Below are positions 59,397 through 64,000 of a stretch of DNA of 64,000 bases, piece after piece. The stretch is from positions 13,505-77,504 of the forward strand of contig JAJZWU010000007.1 of NCBI GenBank assembly GCA_021846515.1. The letters run 5' to 3'. The notes under the pieces were generated by a model. It had not been told where the DNA came from, made no database searches, and was given only the letters and a program-made list of their open reading frames with translations. This DNA is from Actinomycetes bacterium. Its GTDB lineage: Bacteria > Actinomycetota > Acidimicrobiia > Acidimicrobiales > JAMCPL01. The position numbers and the translations under genes were made by a program. Positions within the stretch are counted from its first letter, which is position 1, and each line of letters opens with the position of its first letter.

Positions 59397-61463
59397 CTAA
59401 ACTTGTGGGAGACTAAACTCGCTCAGTAGACGATCAGTGGGCATAGGCTTGGAGAACAAAAACCCTTGCACAAAGTCGCAGTTCATCTTCTGCAACATCT
59501 CTAATTGCATCTCAGTCTCTACCCCTTCAGCTATAACTTCCAGTTTGAGCGCATGAGCCAGATCGATAATGGCCTTTACAAGGTACCCTGCCTGATCGTC
59601 GGCGCCCAAATCATCAATAAAAGATTTATCTATCTTCAAAACATCCAGCGGGAACTTCTGTAGATAACTCAGTGAAGAATACCCAGTTCCAAAATCATCC
59701 ACTGACAGCACAACTCCCAATGATTTCAATGAGTTCATCACATCCAGTGCTGCTGCTGCATCTTTCATGAGCGCGCTCTCGGTAATTTCAAGAGTAAGCC
59801 TATGAGGATCGACACCGGAATCTGAAATTACCTTTTCTACGATATCTACCAGACCAGGGTGATCTATCTGGCGTGCCGACAGATTAACACCTACCGTATG
59901 ATCTCCGTTACTCCATTGCCAACTTGGGCTGTCCCAAAAACTAAAACTGCTGCATGCACTCTCGAGCACCCACTCGCCAATTGGAATTATGAGCCCGCTG
60001 TCCTCTGCGACCGGAATGAACCTGTCTGGAGGGACCAACCCTTTCTCTGGGTTCTCCCATCTGATCAATGCCTCTACTCCAACTGTGCTCTGTCCATGTA
60101 CATCCACTACCGGCTGGTAAAAAAGACGCAACTCATTCAACTCCATAGCACGATGAAGCCCCATCTTCGTGTCGACTCGATCTATTATCTCTTGACGCAT
60201 GTTCTCGCCAAAGACGACATGCGAATTAATGCCGGAAACCTTTGCGTTCTGCATTGCCATATCAGCAGAGGAAAAAAGAAGGCTGGCATCTATTGTGATT
60301 TGGACATTCTCAGCAATACTTCGAGAGGCATTATCGACAGTACTCTGGGCAACGCTTTGAACGGCATCCATGGCAGCATCCGAAATACCATACTCAACGA
60401 TGCCCAGGACAGAGCCAGAATGATCTTTCCCGTTCTCGGATATGCCTGGCGACGGGCTGGAACGCTGGGTACTTCCAAACAGATTCCCCACTCCGGCACT
60501 ACCTACACCCACGCTCACATCTACATAGAGATACCCCTTGGATGTAGAGATCGGATCTTTGAATGACTCCAGCAAACTTCTGGCAAACTCCTCTGCACGC
60601 TCGGTTGCGCCTGCGGCATCAAAACATACAAAAAATTCATCAGCACCAAATCTACCTATTAGAGCATCGTTTCCCGCTAAAGCAGAAAGCCTGGAAGATG
60701 TCTCAATCAAAACCTCATCTCCCACCTCCTGCCCGTAGGCATCATTGATGGCAGTAAATCTGTCTATGTCGACTGCCGCTATGGCCACCTCGGCTGGATT
60801 GGACGGATCGGTACTGTCCTTTGCCAGTAGGTAGTTCACCTGATAGGTCAGATAAGCGCGATTGGGTAAGCCGGTAAGCTGGTCACGCAGGTAGGCAGAG
60901 GCAAGTCTCTCCTCCATGGCACGCAGCGTGGAGGTGTCTCTTACTGACCCGCCTATACGTATCATATCGCCGTCCCTGTAGGCATATGCTCTCGACAGAA
61001 CCGGTATCTCGGTACCGTCACGTTTTTTAAGTATGATATTGCGCTCCGCTACCTGCTTGGTATCCTGACTGGCCATCTTGACGGCCTCAATGAGGACCTG
61101 ATTGTTGTACAGCTCCCTGTACCTTTCCGGTACGATGATATCTTGGACATAGCGCCCAATAGCCTCGCTCTGGCTCCAGCCAAACATCTCCTCAGCTTTG
61201 TCGTTCCATAGAAGAATAACACCATGACTGTCAACTTCGATAAAGGCATCCAGCATGGAATCCAACAGGTACCCGGTATTCGGAGCTTTCTGGTGGCTCA
61301 AAACGCCTACCTCAGAATTAACAGAGTCACCGTTACTATTACCATGACCGTTTGGCATGCCTCTATGAGCGACGCCGCTCCTATTGGTTACGCTGCTCCC
61401 GGTGGAATAACCAGGTGTGACATTGGAACCTGGCCATTCGATCACTTCTTTTCCATCTCCCAT
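59397..61463 (-). CDS. PAS-GGDEF-EAL c-di-GMP signalling protein
   Basis: PAS (WNDKAEEMFGWS), DQLTGLPNR, RFGADEF, EALIRW, EITE, DDFGTGYSSL, KIDKSF, EGVET; start tentatively ATG 61463. Confidence 0.92.
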   Translation of the reverse strand: MGDGKEVIEWPGSNVTPGYSTGSSVTNRSGVAHRGMPNGHGNSNGDSVNSEVGVLSHQKAPNTGYLLDSMLDAFIEVDSHGVILLWNDKAEEMFGWSQSEAIGRYVQDIIVPERYRELYNNQVLIEAVKMASQDTKQVAERNIILKKRDGTEIPVLSRAYAYRDGDMIRIGGSVRDTSTLRAMEERLASAYLRDQLTGLPNRAYLTYQVNYLLAKDSTDPSNPAEVAIAAVDIDRFTAINDAYGQEVGDEVLIETSSRLSALAGNDALIGRFGADEFFVCFDAAGATERAEEFARSLLESFKDPISTSKGYLYVDVSVGVGSAGVGNLFGSTQRSSPSPGISENGKDHSGSVLGIVEYGISDAAMDAVQSVAQSTVDNASRSIAENVQITIDASLLFSSADMAMQNAKVSGINSHVVFGENMRQEIIDRVDTKMGLHRAMELNELRLFYQPVVDVHGQSTVGVEALIRWENPEKGLVPPDRFIPVAEDSGLIIPIGEWVLESACSSFSFWDSPSWQWSNGDHTVGVNLSARQIDHPGLVDIVEKVISDSGVDPHRLTLEITESALMKDAAAALDVMNSLKSLGVVLSVDDFGTGYSSLSYLQKFPLDVLKIDKSFIDDLGADDQAGYLVKAIIDLAHALKLEVIAEGVETEMQLEMLQKMNCDFVQGFLFSKPMPTDRLLSEFSLPQV

Positions 61464-61848
61464 ATAGTCAAAACTTTCAATAACTCTTACCAGCCAATTT
61501 ACTGCCGACAATGAATAGAACAATGCATCATACCCTGCGCTACACTGAACACTTATTTTTAAGTATACATCACGACACTTCTTTTTTAGCATTAAACGCG
61601 TTGAAATACAACCAAGATTGATACAACTTAATAAATCGTGTAGAGTTTATTACTCTATAGTAAGTAGTTGTTCTTTGTATGATAATACAGGTGTTTGGTC
61701 AGCTGAAACCAATGGCTATCTACGCGGCAAACTACCGGTGCCTGCCCCGGGCAATGTCCAGCCTTACCGGAGCACCTGTGCACCAAGCACCAAGAAGTCG
61801 ATGGTTATTTGCGGTAACGGACTACCACCGTCTATTATGGGCAACCGG

Positions 61849-62922
61849 ATGATAGAAATAACCGGCACGTTACAGAAAGAGGCATGGGATGCCGATCGCC
61901 TACCCCCTATAGAAGACCTTGGGTCAGGACTTTGGTCGATACCCGTACCCATACCAAACAACCCCTTACGTTACGTATTGGTATATGCGCTGGAGTTGCA
62001 AGACGGTATTGCAATAGTAGATGCAGGATGGAACACCGAAGATGCGTGGTCTGCCCTTACGGCAGGACTGGATAGCATAGGAGCTTCGATAACCGATGTA
62101 AGAGCAGCACTCATAACCCATATCCATCCGGACCATTATGGGTTAGCGGGTAGGGTAAAAGAGCATTCAGGCGCGCAGATAGCACTGCATCGGGCAGATG
62201 CCGCTCTTATACCGAATAGATACGACGACCCAAAGGACTTACTCTCTACAATGCAGGTTATGCTTAAAGCGGCTGGCATACCGGATGACTCGATCGAAGA
62301 GCTGAGCATGGCATCGATGGCTATTCGTCAATTCGTCTCCACGGTAGATCCTGACCTGCTTCTTGACGATGGCGATAAAGTAGACCTGCCCGGAATAGAC
62401 TTACGCGCAATATGGACTCCCGGGCATTCTCCAGGACATATCTGTTTCTACAGCGAAAAAAGGAGGATACTGCTTGCCGGCGACCATGTACTACCAAGAA
62501 TCACTCCCATAGTAACGGTGCATACACAACAAGCATTAAATCCACTGGGCGATTACATGAAATCACTGAGACGTATCCGCGACCTTGATGTAGATGAGGT
62601 TATGCCCGCCCATGAATATCGGTTCAGGCCATTGTCTGCACGTATAGACGAACTGATAGATCATCACGAAACCAGGCTAAAAGAGGTCAATGAGGTCATT
62701 GCAACATTGCCGGGATCGACCGCATGGGAGATTACCAATAACCTGCACTGGGCGCATCCACTGGATGAACTACCTCTCTACATGAGAAGAGCAGCAGTCG
62801 GAGAAGCAATGGCCCATATAGTCGTGCTGGAAGAGCGCGGGCAGATCACTCGTCACGATGGACCGCCAATGAAATTCTACCCCAGTGTAGTGTCCCGCAC
62901 TGACAAAAGTGACCTCCGCTGA
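61849..62922 (+). CDS. Metallo-beta-lactamase fold hydrolase
   Basis: THIHPDHYG, TPGHSPGH, GDH, PAH; start tentatively ATG 61849. Confidence 0.9.
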   Translation: MIEITGTLQKEAWDADRLPPIEDLGSGLWSIPVPIPNNPLRYVLVYALELQDGIAIVDAGWNTEDAWSALTAGLDSIGASITDVRAALITHIHPDHYGLAGRVKEHSGAQIALHRADAALIPNRYDDPKDLLSTMQVMLKAAGIPDDSIEELSMASMAIRQFVSTVDPDLLLDDGDKVDLPGIDLRAIWTPGHSPGHICFYSEKRRILLAGDHVLPRITPIVTVHTQQALNPLGDYMKSLRRIRDLDVDEVMPAHEYRFRPLSARIDELIDHHETRLKEVNEVIATLPGSTAWEITNNLHWAHPLDELPLYMRRAAVGEAMAHIVVLEERGQITRHDGPPMKFYPSVVSRTDKSDLR

Positions 62923-62950
62923 AACAATTGGGCGTGTAAGATAACACCCT

Positions 62951-64000
62951 ATGTCTGACAATAATAATTCCAATCGAACTTATAGAGACAATTCTCGTCG
63001 GACTGCTAAGTCCTCGCTTGGTTTCCGAAGAGCGCGAGCTACCGCAATCGTGATTATTCTGGCGATTGGCGCCTGGGGACTCACCCAAGCAATCACGGGG
63101 GGTACTTCATCTCATACGCACCATACATCTGTCACAACGGCTACCGATCATACACATACAACATCGCTAATACCGGCGATAGAGGCAGGCCAACTACCAT
63201 GGAATGTGCCGCTACCCATCCAACGAGAGTTGTCTATTCCGGCGCCATCTTCACTGGGAACCGGTAAAATCTTGATAGCAGGGGGATTGTCAGGGTCTTC
63301 TATTACTACGCTGTCTCTTATGTCGGTGCCGACAGGAACCTACCAGAATGTAGGCAACCTGCCAGTTGCATTACACGATGCGGCAGGCGCTACCCTGGGG
63401 AACCAGTCATTTATATTCGGTGGCGGCACCGGCAGTGGATTCACATCAGATGTAATAACTATAAGCCCCGGCACGACATCCTCAGGTAGCAATGGAAGCA
63501 CTGCATCTGGGCCATCATCAAGTGCTACTCTGACAGCAGCAATAACCGGCCATCTACCACAGCCAAGAGCCGATGCCGTTGCCACAATAGTGAACGGGCA
63601 TATTTATATCATTGGCGGATATGATAACGGACAGCCGACAAGTACCGTACTCTCCACTGCAAATGGTATCAACTTTACCTCTGCGGGCAAACTATCGATT
63701 CCAGTAAGGTATCCTGCCGTTGCAGCACTTGGTCATACGATCTACGTATTTGGCGGCATCTATGTTAGTGGACCACAAACAGGCAAACCAACCAGTGACA
63801 TCCAGGCCATAGATCTGAATACAAGCAAAGTATCGTTGGTGGGGCACATGCCCATACCCATTGAAGGCGCCTCTGCGTCAGTACTGAATGGACATATATA
63901 CCTGTCAGGCGGTGTCACGGATAATCCGTCTGCAGCTATTAGTATAGCAGGCCCCTATAGCCCCGTTGACAATCCAGAGGTATATACTTCGCCATCACGA
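62951..64000 (+). CDS. Membrane-anchored Kelch-repeat protein, 3'-truncated (absent from the ORF track)
   Basis: Manual translation: MSDNNNSN...AIVIILAIGAWG (TM), then Kelch blades ILIAGG, SFIFGGG, HLPQPRADA..IYIIGGY, IYVFGG, IYLSGG; open to the window end. Confidence 0.85.
   Translation, partial: MSDNNNSNRTYRDNSRRTAKSSLGFRRARATAIVIILAIGAWGLTQAITGGTSSHTHHTSVTTATDHTHTTSLIPAIEAGQLPWNVPLPIQRELSIPAPSSLGTGKILIAGGLSGSSITTLSLMSVPTGTYQNVGNLPVALHDAAGATLGNQSFIFGGGTGSGFTSDVITISPGTTSSGSNGSTASGPSSSATLTAAITGHLPQPRADAVATIVNGHIYIIGGYDNGQPTSTVLSTANGINFTSAGKLSIPVRYPAVAALGHTIYVFGGIYVSGPQTGKPTSDIQAIDLNTSKVSLVGHMPIPIEGASASVLNGHIYLSGGVTDNPSAAISIAGPYSPVDNPEVYTSPSR

Noticed and set aside
61720-61830. c-di-GMP-I riboswitch (GGCAAAC seen)
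   Set aside because: Lacks the GNRA loop and GACGCAAAG elements that should follow
1-64000. CRISPR arrays, IS elements, prophage, rRNA/tRNA
   Set aside because: No regularly spaced repeats, transposase/integrase/phage ORFs or tRNA/rRNA signatures seen by eye; tRNAscan/Infernal would be the definitive check

Overview
Ordinary chromosomal segment of moderate GC (roughly 50% by eye), most likely from an actinobacterium of the Acidimicrobiia type. This is inferred from the fused FbiC, the manB-Trm112-PGI/PMI-ahcY and secA-prfB-ftsEX gene order, prfB without a frameshift, and many apparent leaderless promoters. Housekeeping and cofactor content: miaAB, hisG, ribD/ribBA/ribH, nagA, tkt-tal-gnd-zwf-pgl, fbiC, menH/D/A/B/E, a MoxR-DUF58-transglutaminase operon, ftsEX, prfB, secA, ahcY, manB, a PAS-GGDEF-EAL protein, an MBL hydrolase and a 3'-truncated Kelch protein missing from the ORF track. 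I found no rRNA, tRNA, CRISPR array, riboswitch or mobile element. Best leads: (1) an operon of three paralogous phytoene-desaturase-like flavoproteins plus a small unknown protein, with no carotenoid genes nearby, which may encode an undescribed multi-subunit flavo-dehydrogenase; (2) a 1484-aa secreted sedolisin (S53) whose catalytic domain is split by a seven-repeat Cys/Trp insert, probably a beta-propeller; (3) an oxidative pentose phosphate operon with NAD-type cofactor signatures that runs into FO synthase; (4) many loop insertions in conserved enzymes and pervasive leaderless-type promoters. All product calls come from motif recognition, not database searches.
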